Shown piece by piece: positions 34,160-46,745 of a stretch of DNA of 64,000 bases. The notes below the pieces were generated by a model. The model saw nothing but the letters and a program-made list of their open reading frames with translations, was not told the DNA's origin and searched no databases. The stretch covers positions 37,882,001 through 37,946,000 of the forward strand of contig NC_045707.1 of NCBI RefSeq assembly GCF_009834535.1, given 5' to 3'. The first letter of the stretch is position 1. Every line of letters starts with the position of its first letter. This DNA is from Camelus ferus (Eukaryota). The translations under genes were made by a program, and so were the position numbers.

Positions 34160-34320
34160 GAGGGCTAAGAGTCTTGGCTTACATCCAAGTCCTGACCAAT
34201 CTCTTACTAGCTTTGTGACTTTGGGCAAGCTGTAACTTTCAGAAACTTCTGCTTCCTCATCTGTAAAATGGTACCAACTTCATGGACTTGTGAGAATTGA
34301 ATAAAATAACCTATGGAAAG
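34160..34320 (+). mobile_element. MIR SINE
   Basis: TCTTACTAGCTTTGTGACTTTGGGCAAG...TTCCTCATCTGTAAAATGG. Confidence 0.85.
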
Positions 34321-35659
34321 CCTCAAAGGGGGAAATTAGCAAATTTTTTTCCCTCTTTCAGCAGATGTTTTTTCTCTCACTTGGACTTTCATATAGATTT
34401 TAAGACCATTAGACATGATGCATTGGACAATTAACCCTGTGTCCATCCAAGAGAGGTGGGGACATAATCAACTTTGCAGGTTAATTGGGGAAGTGCACCC
34501 CTAGGAAGCCCAGAGAGCCAGCCAGATTCTGCTAGGAGCTGAGAACATTTCTAAAGCCTTGAATTTGGGCTTTGTTTATTGCACAACTTTTGCTTTAATA
34601 CGGTGTTGGGCAGGGCAGTGGAGCAAGCCTCTGTGTGATAACATGGTGTTATCTTTGAGCCAAACTCCCTGGACCCTCAGGCTGCACCCAGCATTGCCAA
34701 AAAACCAAGAGCAAAAGCAAACAATGTTTTGGGGAAAGGTGTGATGCGATCACCGCCCCATCAAGGGCTAAGTTCAGCATTCCCTCTGCACCGGGTTATC
34801 TCTGGTGAACAGTGCACGGTTTGGCATGAGCAGGAAGCAGGTCTCTGGGAGGGGTCCGTCATGGGAGTGGCAGGGCTTGTGGGCACAATGGGCCCCCAAT
34901 TTGTCACGGTGTTTCTGGGTGGGTGATGGGGCATCCTCACGCAGCAGTGGAACCTATTTGACCAAAAATGGGTATTTTAAACACTGGCTCAAAGTTATTC
35001 ATAGCCTGGTGCTGAAAAACTACGGATCAGGGGGCAAAATAGTGAACTGCCAAGCCAGGGGTGCATGGCTGTCATCTGCACGGTGGCTGAGGTGAGGTCC
35101 ACGTTGCAGCTAGGGCCCACACTTGGTTTCAGGGAGTAAGGGACCTCGGCAGACATGCGGTCCAAACTCCTTATCCTTGAAGTGGGAAAAATGAGGCACA
35201 GAAGTGTTGAGTGACTTTTTTGAGGTTGCACAGCTGGTAAGTGACTGAGTTGGGTCTAAGACACCTGATTCTTGGTTTGGTATTTTTCCATCAATCATTT
35301 AATAAATCTGTACTAGCGTAGGACATGATCCTCACTCTTAAGGAGTTTGTAATCTAGTAGCAAAGACAAAGTGTACTTACAAATATTGAACTAATTCTAC
35401 TCAAGTCAGCAAACATTTATTACCATCTGCTTCTCACCATGTTAAATTCTGGTACATACACATGAATAAGACTCGAGGAACTTATAGTCTGGTGGAAGAG
35501 ACCTGGGGAGCAGTCGCTAGGCCAGGGGTACCTCTTTTACCCAGAAACTGATTATTTTTGGAGATTTTCAAGTTGGAACGTAGCTCATTGAAGCTCAGTT
35601 CATTAAACTGAGCTCAGTCCTGGACAGGAGCACCTCTCCCTGTATGGCCGCCGCTGCTA

Positions 35660-35890
35660 TTATTACTACCAGCTGATATTTTTGAGAGTTTGGGGTGTGT
35701 CACGCTGTGTTAAGTGCTTGACAGACACATTTTCTCCCACTTAATCCTCACTACAACCCTGAGAGGTGTGCACTCTCATTGGAACCATTTAACAGATGGG
35801 GAAAACAACGCTTGGGGAGGTTAAGTAACTTGCCCAGGGTCAAACAGCTAGACAGTGTCAAACAAGTCTTACCTAGCTTGAGACCCATCG
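35660..35890 (-). mobile_element. MIR SINE
   Basis: TTAATCCTCACTACAACCCTGAGAGGT...ACAGATGGGGAAAAC...GGTTAAGTAACTTGCCCAGGGTCA. Confidence 0.85.
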
Positions 35891-36230
35891 CCGCTAGAGA
35901 AAGGGAGAACTTTCTTTACGATGCACAGCGGGTGACCTTGGGATTTGGGCGTGGAATTTCGCTTGTGTGCCAGAAGACTAGCTATGGGTGATTCTTCTCC
36001 TGGGGCTTTTGCGTCATTCAGGAAGGGGCTAGAGAAGGGGACGTGGCATACTGCGGGATTAGGGAGGGCAAGGGCTGTTGAAGATGGCCCCTGATTTGGG
36101 TTTCCCGAGACTGAAACATGGAGCCTTTCAGGAAGAGGGCAGAGTCCAGGGTGAGCGGGCCAGATTGCTTGGATGCAGGGCTTATGCCGGGATGCAGTGG
36201 GAGGCAAGGTTGGTCAGATGGGATAAGGGC

Positions 36231-36460
36231 AATAATAATAATATTTAATAGCGATAATAATAATAATAGCAGCTAATTTTCTTGAGTGCTTATAACATGC
36301 CAGGTACATTAAACTAATTTAATTCTCGTAACAAACCTGTAATCATATCATTTTCTGGATGAAGAGACTGAGTCACAGAGAGGTTCACTAGCCTGCCAAG
36401 GTCACAGGCAGCAGCAGAGCCAGGGTTTGGACCCGGGCAGTGTGAATGCAGAGACCTTGA
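36231..36460 (-). mobile_element. MIR SINE with an (AAT)n-rich tail
   Basis: AATAATAATAGCAGCTAATTTTCTTGAGTGCTTA...GATGAAGAGACTGAGTCACAGAGAGG. Confidence 0.85.
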
Positions 36461-37529
36461 CCGTCTCCCGTCCTCTGGGTGGGCTGAGCTGGGTTCTGAT
36501 TATAGTGAGGCTCTGAGCCCATCAGTCTGGGGTGCTGGCTTGGAGCGGGGAGGCCTGCTGGGAGGTTTTCGCAAGAGTTGTGGTATGAGAAGAAAAGGAT
36601 CGAACAGAGTTGGGGGAGAGAGATGTCTGCTCCTCGGCCAGGAGCATGTTTTAATGAAGCAGGTCAGGGAACTCTCCACCTGGACACACACTTAGTTCTT
36701 TGTTCCTTAAGCAGCCTCAGATTCTGGAATCCCTGGGGGGGCCTCGAGAGGTGAGCAGGTTTACTTTTCTGTCTGCAGACAGATATGCACCCACCCCACT
36801 CCAGGACGTGGTCTCACTTCCTCCTGCGAAGCTGCAGGACATAAGGAATGAATTGAGGTATCTTGTCCACTGGGACGCCCCGTCTAACTGTCTTGGACCT
36901 ACTTTCGGTGCCTAGCAGAGTGCCAGGCACATAGTAGTTCCTGAGCAAAGGCCTGTGGGATGGAATGGAAAGGAATACCTTGAGCGAGGGACTATTTAGG
37001 AGGCATAGAGGTTGTGGGTCACCATCCCTGACCTCAAGGAGCTTTGAGACTTGTGGACAAGAAAAGACAATGGCTGGAAATGTATGGCGGGTTACGTAGC
37101 TGAGTCTGCAAAGACAGGCAGACCTTTCCCTGCACGAATTCCCTTTCTGTTCCATTTACTCCTGCACTCCTTAGGGGGAGAGAGACTTCCTGGCCATGGC
37201 TTCCTGTCCTCAGTGGCTCTGGAGTCAGACAGCCTAAGTCTCATTTGTCTTTCCCACATGAAAGTCCTGGAGCATCTGTAAGTTATGATTTGTGAAGTAT
37301 CTGCTTTAAAGCAGAATGCATTTATCATCCCGCTGGCCCAGACAACACTATACAGCCCAGGAATGAGAAGATCCCAGGCCCCGGCATAGGGGGAGGTAGG
37401 CCAGATGACCCACCCGTGAGTCGAGTCTGGCTGTATCGATAAAATTCTCTGGAAACAGCCCAGGAGTGGCCAGATGTTGATTTCACGGCGAGGCTCTTCG
37501 GTAAACTTTTAACTGCATGTTAAACTGGG

Positions 37530-38125
37530 GCTGGGCAAGTCTCCGCCTAGGTCTACCCAGGAGGAATGCAAACGCATGTCCACACAGAAACTTGCACACA
37601 AATGTTTGTAGCAGAATTGTTCCTAAGAGCCCCAAAGTAGAAGCAAGCCAAATGTCTATCAACTGATGGGTGGACAGACAGAGTGTGGTGTGTTCATTCC
37701 TTTTAGAGGATAACATTTATGATCAATTCCATAATTTTATTTATGGAATATTACTCAGGAATAAAAAGAAATGAAGTACTGCTACGTGCTGCAATAGGGG
37801 TGAACCTTGAAAGCAATATGCTGAGTGAAAGAAGCCAGTCACAGATCAGATGTTGGATGATTTCATTTCTCTGAAATATCCCCACGTAGGCAAATCCATA
37901 GAGACAGGAAATAAATGAGTGGTTGCCTAGGGCCGGAGTGGGTTGGAAGTAAATGAGGAGAGGCTGCTTATGGGGCCGGGGTTTCTTCCTGGGGTGATGA
38001 AAGTGTTCTAAAATTGATTGTAATGATGGTTGCACAACTCTGTGAATACGCTAGAAACCCCTGGGTTATGCATTTTTGAATGTGTGAATTGTATGATATG
38101 TGAGTTCTGTCTCCATAAAGCTATG
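37530..38125 (+). mobile_element. L1MB-type 3' end, sense to NUAK1
   Basis: CATGTCCACACAGAAACTTGCACACAAATGTTTGTAGCAG...CTGAGTGAAAGAAGCCAGTCACA...GGCAAATCCATAGAGACAG...TGATGGTTGCACAACTCTGTGAATA. Confidence 0.9.
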
Positions 38126-39369
38126 GAAACCAACTGAGGCTTGGGGAGAGGTTGGGAAGTGGAGATGGAGGCAGAAACCTGTGTCTATCAGGCCCCCCAG
38201 ATTCCAGCTTCAGAGCTCCCGTGTTCTGTAAGGAGTGGAAAGCCTTGTCCAGTGTGCCACGGTCAAGACTGCGCCCTGGGACCAGACTGCTGGGCTCCCC
38301 GATCCATCCCACCCCTTGACAGCCGTGTGGTCTCATTTCTTCTAAATCTCTGGGTTCTCACCGGGGCCTCATAGAATTCTTACTGGGGCCTCATGGAGTT
38401 CTTTATGGGTGAGAGGATTCAGTAAGGTGACATGATGTAGGTAAGCCTTTAGCCCTAAGCCTGGCATATAGTAGGTGCACAGCACAGTACACGCAGCGAG
38501 AGCCATGGCTGGTCTAGGCACATTTGTGCCTATTAGGAAAAGGCCCCTCTCTAGGTGGATGAATTTAAAAGGTTGGTCTCCTGGCCCCACAGAAGCCCCC
38601 CCGGGCTGGCGGCTCCAGGGGGTGGGAACGTGTGGGCTGGGTGCCCTGGGCGCCCATTCCGCAGCCCTGATGGCGGCTCTCACTGTTCTCCATCGCTACC
38701 ACTCGTCACCACGCTGTGGCTGAAGATTCCCAGGATAAAGACGCAGCCTCTACTGGGGTTGGCACCTGTTTCCTTTCAATCTCGCAATAAAGCAGGTGTA
38801 TATAATGAGGGCTTCCTCAAGTGCCCAGGACAGTGGGACATTTCAGAGCGGGTGAGGACAAGTCTGCCATCGAGGTACAGAGAAGTTAGTGGGGCCATGC
38901 AGTGAACACACCTGGAGTAATCTGAGAACGTGGAAGGGAGTGTGTGAATGAGGAGCGGAGGAAGGAGTCACAGCGTGGAATCAGCCAGACTTGGGTTCCA
39001 GGTCCTCCCTGCAATTCGGCAGCTGGATGATCCTGGGGAAGCGGCACGTTTTTTCCGAGCTTCTGTTTTCTCATCTAGAAAGTGTGGCTGCCGATAGCCT
39101 ACCCAGTGGGACTGCCAAGAGAAGTAGGATTTGGCAGCTTCCAATGCAGAGCCTGTGCAGAGTAGGCCCTTGAAAACGAGAGCTAGGATTACTATTTTGG
39201 TGAGAGGTACTAGCATCAAGGAGCTGGTGGTCGTCTTGTCCCTGCTTCAAGCCCTCCCGTGGGTTGCATGGGGACCGAATTCTGGATTTGCTACATCTTT
39301 CAAGTCCTGCCTAGGTGTCCAAACTCCCACTTCCTTATTCCCCCCTCTTGGCCCTGTGTCATTTCCTTC

Positions 39370-39532
39370 AGAGCATGTGAACCATGTGGGTTTGATGATT
39401 TGTCTGCATCCCCTTCCTCCCTGAATAGAAGCGAGACAGGGCCCCTATCTTACTCACTACTGCATCCTGGCCTGTAGCCTGGTACCAGGAATATAGTAGG
39501 TGTTCAGTAAGAATGAAAAAATGAATGAATGA
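39370..39532 (+). mobile_element. L2 3' end
   Basis: CCTGGTACCAGGAATATAGTAGGTGTTCAGTAAGAATG...ATGAATGAATGA. Confidence 0.7.
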
Positions 39533-40220
39533 GCAGCTGCATGAAGAGGGGTGCAGCAGCAGTCCTGGGAGGGGAGAGTTCTGTGGAGGTGGGAGGCAGC
39601 AGGGAAGGCCCCTTGGGCCCCTCTCCTCCTCCTTTTCCGGGTCACCCTTCTCCTCACTGCATGGACAGCTGTGCAGAGCTCAGCATCGCCAGGTGCCTCT
39701 CCATTGCGGCTCTGCCCTGAGGCTGGAGGGAGGAGGAGGGAAGCGGATTCCCACCCTCGGTGGCTGCTCCCCACAGTTCTTTGGAGCTCTGTAGCCTCCT
39801 TAGGTCACTCCCACACTTCCGGAGACTCCAGCCCCTCATCTGAGAATCCCTGGTGACCAGCTCTGCAGAGTCGGCAAGCTTTAGATGCAAAATGCATTTG
39901 CAAGATTTTCAAAACATTTTCACCCTGGGTCGTAAATCAGGTACTTAAAGAATTGTAAACCAACTGGAGTACAGTTAATGTATGTCTGGAAAAAACACCA
40001 TCGTGATTTGCCTTTTAAACATGAGAAAAGAATTCCACTTCGTTTACTTTCATTAGAGGTATTTAGAGGCAGCTTGAGGTTTCCAGTGGGAATGTGCTAA
40101 GAGGCCGCTGTGGTAGGCTCCCTCCTTCCCTGGAAGGGGAGGGAAAGGGCGGTGTCCAGGTGGCTTAGGGCACAACTTGCATCTGTGTGGCCCAAGAACG
40201 ATTTCCCAGTTTGAAAAAGG

Positions 40221-40336
40221 AGCTGAGAATATGAAAACGAATATATGTATATTCATGTATGACTGAAGCATTGTGCTGTACACAGGAAATTGACACAACA
40301 TTGTAAACTGACTATATCTCAATTGAAAAAAAAAAG
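40221..40336 (+). mobile_element. L1 3' end (artiodactyl-type) with poly(A)
   Basis: TATATTCATGTATGACTGAAGCATTGTGCTGTACACAGGAAATTGACACAACATTGTAAACTGACTATATCTCAATTGAAAAAAAAAA. Confidence 0.9.
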
Positions 40337-40599
40337 AGCCGATTCTTTGTCTTGGTGATTCCTAACGGCCCCATCCCCTCCCAGTGGTGTCAAGCTCCTT
40401 GTCTTTCACGTGGCTCAACAGCCACAAAGGCAGCTTACGGGTGCAGGTTAGAAGGGGTCCTTGCTGGCTGTTGTCATGTCACTGCAAGTTGGGCTCAGTC
40501 CGTGTACGATTTGCCCCAACTGCCAAAGGATCTCATATCTCTGTCTTCTACAGGAGGGTAGAAGGGAAGTGGATGCTCCAGTCTAGGAATCCAACAGGG

Positions 40600-40770
40600 A
40601 GCATGAGGTGGTTTGGAGCCTGCCTCTGGAGCCAGGTGCCTGCGTTGGAGAGCCCCCCTCCCAAACTCCTGGGTACCTTTGAGACAGGCAGCTCAACTCA
40701 GTTTCTTCATCTGTGAAATGGAACTGGTTGGGAGGATAAATGAGTGGGGTGTACATGGAGTTCTTAGGAA
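40600..40770 (+). mobile_element. MIR SINE
   Basis: CTCTGGAGCCAGGTGCCTG...CTCAGTTTCTTCATCTGTGAAATGG. Confidence 0.7.
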
Positions 40771-41189
40771 AGTGTGTGGCCCACAGTGAGTGTTAGTCTT
40801 GGAAGGAGCCCTCTTGGGAGAGGCAGGCCTGGGACTCAGCCGTCTTTGTACCTCGGGCGGCCTGGGCACAGGGCACCACACAGAGTAGGTACCTGGTGTT
40901 GAATCTCCTTTCTTCACCTGTAAATCAAGGGGCTGAGACAAAATGCTCTCCAAGGTCCCTGCCAGCTCACAGGAAGAGGACCCTGGGATTTGCTGAATGA
41001 AATTGGTGAAATGTAGGCTTCGTTTCCTGTTGCCTGGTTTTTGGCAAAAGGTTTCTTTGTTGGGGAAAGTGGAAGTATCTTTAACTCCCAAACCCTTTTC
41101 AGATTGTTTGGTGCAGTGTAAGGAGAGTCTGAACTCCTGTTCAGCTCAAGGCAGGCCCTGCTTTTTAAGCACGTCAGTGAGGTGGGCTC

Positions 41190-41355
41190 TGAACTAGGCT
41201 GTGTGTGAGACAGAAGATTCTCACTTTCAAAGAACCTATCAGTTTTCTCATCTGTAAAACAGGGCGATAATAGAACCTGCCTCCTAGGTTGTCAGGGACG
41301 GTGCCAAGAACAGTGCCTGACACGTAGCCAGTTCTCAACAAATGTTAGCTGTGAT
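41190..41355 (+). mobile_element. MIR SINE
   Basis: CAGTTTTCTCATCTGTAAAACAGGGCGATAATAGAACCTGCCTCCTAGGTTG...AACAGTGCCTGACACGTAG. Confidence 0.8.
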
Positions 41356-41739
41356 TATTTGGGATTCAGAGGGAGGCAAACTCATATTCTGCTGGGCAAT
41401 TTGGAGGGATCTTCATTCATCTCTTAGGTACTTAGAGTCTAGGGGGCTTTGCTTTTTGTCCAGGTGAGGCTGGAGACCTGTGGCTGCCTCTCCTCTTCGC
41501 TGTGCATTTGGGTCTCCCGGTGGCTTTAGCAGTGATGGGGGGATTCCGCACCCAGGGAGCTCCTTCGTCCTGGGGATGGGTGGGTGGAGGCAAGCCTCCG
41601 GGGATGAGGAAGAGTCTAAAGAGGGGGCTCTCTCCTGGGGGAAGGCATGTTTTTGGCAACCTCATCTAAAGGGAAGAATTGACTAATAGATTTACTACTC
41701 TTTCATCGTTCAAGATGAAATCACTCCATCAATTCACTT

Positions 41740-41950
41740 CCATGGAGCACTTTGTAATGGCCAGGCCTTGGGGTAGGTGTGTTACCTGCATCATCTCACT
41801 GAATGCCTTGTCATTCTTAGACCCCACTCCCCCTAGAAGAGAGATGCTGTCACAACCCCCACTTTACTGCAGAGGGACTGAGGCCCCAGGACACACTCTC
41901 TGTTACCTGATGGTGGTGGCAGGAATGAACCTCATGTCTGTCTGAGCTCT
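41740..41950 (-). mobile_element. MIR SINE
   Basis: CCCCACTTTACTGCAGAGGGACTGAGGCCCCAG. Confidence 0.6.
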
Positions 41951-42809
41951 TGGCTACGACCCTAGATGGCTTCCAAGAAGAAGTAGAGATAACGTTTTTT
42001 TCTGATGGTCGATGTTCCTTCTGCCTCTCCCAGGGAGCCTGTTTAAGCATATTTATTCAGATATCTGTTGGGCTTCTCCTCTGTATTGGGCACTGTGTAG
42101 GCAGCAGGGGACAACAGGGTACAGGATATGGCCTTTCCCCCAAAGGAGCTCAACCACCTTCTGGTTCTAGAACATTCATCTACCCCTTGTCATTTCTAGA
42201 TCCTCAGTCTTTGTGGTCCACACTTAACCCCTCCTTGCTGATCCATTTAAGGAGTCTGATTCCCCATTGTATTTTTTTTTTCTGTTTTACTCTGTTATAA
42301 TTTCATTCCTTTACATCAAGTACATTCATTATGCAGCCTTGACGTTCTCAGTATCAATTAAAAGAGATTCCAGCAAACTTTGAGAAGCTCTTAGTGGTCC
42401 TTGATACAACATTTCTGCCTTGTATAGCGCTTGGTAAATTTGAAAATGAACTCTTTCTCCATCTAGCAGAAGCTGTGGGAGGTAAGAGGCTGATTTTTGG
42501 GTTGACCTGGAGAGCTCAGAGCCCAGCACGTGAAAGTGTTTAGATGGGAAGGCAGGGCAGTGATGCCCTGGCTCCAGGGAGAACCCCACTTTGCATCTTC
42601 CTCATGGTTAATTGGTGTCTGTTTCCCAGGCAGAATCAAATGGAATGCTCGGGGAGGGAACCAGTGTGAGTGGGTGTGCAGGCAGCTGGTGGCAGAAATC
42701 CTAGAGAGGAGAGAATGGAGTGGAAATCTCCACTGACTTGTATCCACCTCCTTGAATGTGTAGGAAGGACCAGAGCTGGAGGAGGATGCTTTCCCTAACG
42801 GTCACGATA

Positions 42810-43010
42810 GCAGGAAGCATTTACTGAGTGACGAGTGTGTCCTAACTACTTTACATGCTTTCTCTCCTTTCAGCCTGTATTATTAGTGCCTTCATTTTGC
42901 AGACAAGGAAGGAGAGGCTTAGAGAGGTCAGAGGACTTGCCCAAAGTCACTGAGCTGGGATCTAGGGCTGGGCTGTCTGACTTCAGGGTCAAGGTCATAA
43001 CCACTGGGCT
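42810..43010 (-). mobile_element. MIR SINE
   Basis: TTCATTTTGCAGACAAGGAAGGAGAGGCTTAGAGAGGTCAGAGGACTTGCCCAAAGTCAC. Confidence 0.8.
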
Positions 43011-44554
43011 CCCTGCCTCTCACAGGTGCAGATCCTTGGAAGCTTCTGCAGCTTCCTCTTTGGTTCTTCACCCATACGCTGGGTGGTGGGCTCCCACTGA
43101 ACCCAGACTTACTGCTCGGAGACGTCATCTCCAGTCTTGAGAAAATAGCAATTGGAGGAACTTTATTTCATGATCCCAATTATTCCGTGTCTTTTCTGTC
43201 ATCCCGGTGCCTTGTTCTGCACCTGGTGCCCAACAAGGAGGCAGTACATGTTTGTGGAATGGCTGCGGAGTGTCAGGGGTCTGGGTATGTTGTCAGGAGA
43301 CCTGGGGGCCAATCCCATCGTTGCCACAACTTGATCTGTGTGACCTTGGGCGAGGTATGTCCCTGCTATGGCTTCAACTAATTTATCTGTAAAATGAGAG
43401 TTCTGGGACTGATTTGGAGCTCACATTCCAGCCCCTTCCAGATTCTGCACTTGGTGAATCTTCGGGGATTGTCCCAAGGTTGCTTCAAAGTGGCAGTCAC
43501 TGACTCCTCCCATGTTTGTCTTCCTTCACTAGAAAGAAGGCAGGCTCTACTTGGGCACGGAGTCTCATCAGTTCTGTTTATTGGTGTGTTCCAAGTGCTG
43601 AGCACGGGGCCCAGCAGACAAATACTCATGCCCTGCACGCATGCACGCCTGAACGAGTGATTGCAGTATCTCTCTTGCTGATGAAATCTCAGGATATAAA
43701 CTATTGTGGGGCTAAAGCCCAAGAAGAAAATTAAGAAGCAAAAGTACCATTTTCCAGGAAAAACACCATCTTTATGAAGGCAAGATACAGCTGAGACTGG
43801 GAAAGTTTATTATCTCTGTCTGCTAGCTGAGGGATTAGGGAGTCAGGCAGGATTCTTCAGTTTTTCATCTGGTGATGCATTTTGGAAACCACAGAGAAAA
43901 CAAAACAAAAACAAAAACTCTCCCCTTCCTTCCCCCACCTCCCACTCTCCCCTTTAACTTCAAGCTGAAAAAGCACTTGCTGCTTAAAACAGCTCAAGAA
44001 GGAAAAAATTATAACAAATATTTTGCATTTCTCTGGTGGCGGCAGGCACAGCCTGAATTCCTTTCAGCCCCACAATGAGTTCTAATTTTATGAAATGTTT
44101 GGATTAGCCACCAATTTTCCGGTGGAATTTAGGAGGCTTGTCTTCGTACTTAGGCTTGAAGCGAAAAAATCTCATAAAATCCGTGCAGGGCCCAGTGGGA
44201 CGTTCTAGCCAAGGACAAAGTGACCATCAGCAGAATGATGCTGGCAGCTGTGGGCCGGCTTTGTGGACGGTGGTGTGTTCTTGAACTGCAGTCTCCGGGC
44301 CTTGGCTGGGCTGCATACCGCTTCCAGCTGATCATGGCCTATAAAAATTCCATCCCCAGTACAGCGCCTCGTACCTGATCTCGTTCTTTCAGTTCCCAGA
44401 GCCAGAGAACGTTAGGGCATCTGGTAATTGGGTGAGAGGCATTTGATAACACAGCGTGCTCTACCCCGCCTCCCCTCTGTAGCACCGATTGCCTTGTGTT
44501 GTAATTTCTAGTTTACTTATCTCTTTCTGCCTCTTGACCTGCACTATCTCATAG

Positions 44555-44757
44555 GGACACACGTGGCTATTAAAGTTATAATTAATTACAATGAAATAAA
44601 AATAAAAGCTTCAGTCCCTAAAATTAAAAACTTAAGTTCCTTGGTCATACTAGCCACATGTTAAGTGCTCGACGGCCGTACCGGGCTAGTGGCCACCATC
44701 GGGCAGTGCGGAAAAGATCATTCCATCATCATAGAAAGTTCTGAAGGAAGGCGCTGC
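44555..44757 (-). mobile_element. MER3-like MITE between L2 fragments
   Basis: ACACGTGGCTATTAAA...ACTAGCCACATGTTAAGTGCTC...CATTCCATCATCATAGAAAGTTCT; L2-like sequence at about 44470-44550 and 44860-44950. Confidence 0.75.
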
Positions 44758-45139
44758 TCTCACTGAGTTTAATGACGGCAGTGACATGCTCCACCCCTGT
44801 CCTTGCTTTACTAGCTGCGTACATAGCGATTGTCACCATCTGTAATGATCTCTGAGCAGCCTCATTCATCATCGTGTCTGCATCTCCAGTGTCTAAAACA
44901 GTGCCTGGTATATAGTAAGCACCGTGAAGATTTTTAGAATGAATGAATGATCCAGCATGGCTTTGCATGCTCCTGACACATAGCAGGCCTTCAAAAAAAA
45001 GGACTGAATATTTATAGAGCTGGGACTCTTGAATGGATTCATCTGGTATTTGTTGAGCACTTAGTATGTGTCAGGCGTGGTGCGAGGCTCTCAGGTATGA
45101 TAATGAGCAAATGGACATGAGCTTATCCGATCTAATGGC

Positions 45140-45335
45140 GCTTAGCTTTGCGGGGATGTGTGAATCTCCTGGGTGTGCCTGTTAAAATGCACCATCCTTG
45201 GCACCCACCCCTGAGACCCTGATCCAGCAGGGCTGGGGTGGGACTTAGGGAGACCTGGGAATCTTTTGCATTTTAACCAAGCGACGTAAGGGAATGTGTC
45301 GGGGGTTGGTCCGTGGTCCATACTTGGGAAACACA
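45140..45335. mobile_element. MER5A (hAT-Charlie)
   Basis: GAATCTCCTGGGTGTGCCTGTTAAAATGCA...TGCATTTTAACCAAG...GGTCCGTGGTCCATACTTGGGAAACAC. Confidence 0.75.
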
Positions 45336-45509
45336 GCCCTGGGAAGCTAGTTGTGTTCATCTGAGGATACACCACCCCACTTGATTCAGACCACACCTTC
45401 TCTTGTGATAACTAGAGGGCCCTAAGACCCCAGGCCTTTGTAATGGAGCTGTAGTTTGAGGTCTCTTTGCCTGTTAGTTTCCCATGGAGTGATAATATTA
45501 CAAACAATG

Positions 45510-45710
45510 ACATAGCAGGAATTGTGCCAGGTGGTAGTCTAAGCACATTGAATCCCAGACCTAATTTATCCTCGTGGCAACTTTAAGAGCACATTAAATT
45601 TAATGCACAGCATTGTCCCTGTTTTACAGCGGATAAACTGAGGCACAGAAAATTAAGCCACTTGCCCATATTTGCACTACTCATAAGTGGAACTCAAACC
45701 CTGAAATGCT
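45510..45710 (-). mobile_element. MIR SINE
   Basis: CCCTGTTTTACAGCGGATAAACTGAGGCACAGAAAATTAAGCCACTTGCCCA. Confidence 0.8.
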
Positions 45711-46409
45711 GCAGTGCCGCTGCTTACAGTCACTGGACTTTGAGCTGCTGCCCCCCACCTGCACTGCCTCCCCACCCCTCATGCTGGATGTGCCTCTATA
45801 TCGTTTTCTGCCAGTTGCTCAGAATCAAAAATCAGGGATATTTATGACATGCCTGTTTAGGGGATTAACACGGGTGGACATTATGAGCTCTGTTGCTCTG
45901 CAGATGCCCCTCCCTGGCCTCAAGGAGCATAATTCATTCATTTGCCAGACCTTTCCTTGGGCCTGCTAGGTGCCAGCTCTGTGCTGTGCTGCCACAGGTA
46001 AGAGGCTTGCAGCTAATGGGAGGTGGGCAGAGGCACAGGCAGGGACCTCCTGAGCTAGAGTCGCACCCCACAGAGGTCTTCCTTTAGATGGGAAAAGCAA
46101 AGCAAATCTTAAAAGCTGGGTGTTTCCTCATTTTGCTGCTTGTGACTCTCCATTTTTTATATAGTTTTGCTGTAGAACATGCCTGTTTCACCCAGTAGGG
46201 GTTCTGAGTGTGTGTATTTTGTATGTGTGGTGGGTTGGTTCAACGTAAAGAAAGTTGTGTCTCCCTCCCCAGCCTTTTTTCCCCCACTTAGCAAGGCAGG
46301 AAACCCTGTAGAGTTGGGAGATGCCCAGAACTCGGGACTCACTTGGGAGAACCTTAAAACAAGGGGAGTGAGAGGAGAGGAGGGAACATTTCTAGAATAA
46401 CTGCTGAGT

Positions 46410-46580
46410 GTGTGCAGGACACCCTCACTGAGGCCACTTATCTGCATCATCTTGTGTCAGCAACACTGTGACGTGAAGTGACCATTATTCCCACTTTGCA
46501 GTTAAAGAAGTTGAGGCTCAGAAAGGGTAACTGATCTGCTCAAGTAATCAAGGTTGCCTGGGAGTTAAAAACTCAGGTCT
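46410..46580 (-). mobile_element. MIR SINE
   Basis: ATTATTCCCACTTTGCAGTTAAAGAAGTTGAGGCTCAGAAAGGGTAACTGATCTGCTCAAG. Confidence 0.75.
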
Positions 46581-46611
46581 GTATGATCCACTGTGGGTTC
46601 TTCCCACGACA

Positions 46612-46745
46612 CCGCTGGTTCTCAGTCCCGGATGAGCATTAGAATAACCTAGGGACCTTTTGGAAGCTCCCTGGGGATGGGGTCTGGGCAGCACCATTTT
46701 GAAGTAGGCCCCTAGGTGCACACGGCTGGAGCTGAAACCACAGTG
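46612..46745. mobile_element. MER5A fragment
   Basis: GGTTCTCAGTCCCGGATGAGCATTAGAATAACCTAGGG. Confidence 0.55.

Noticed and set aside
7813-42252. CArG boxes (CC-W6-GG) at 7813, 11147, 28050, 34962 and 42243
   Set aside because: Five found by eye versus roughly four expected by chance in 64 kb at this composition; no enrichment, and one lies in L1.
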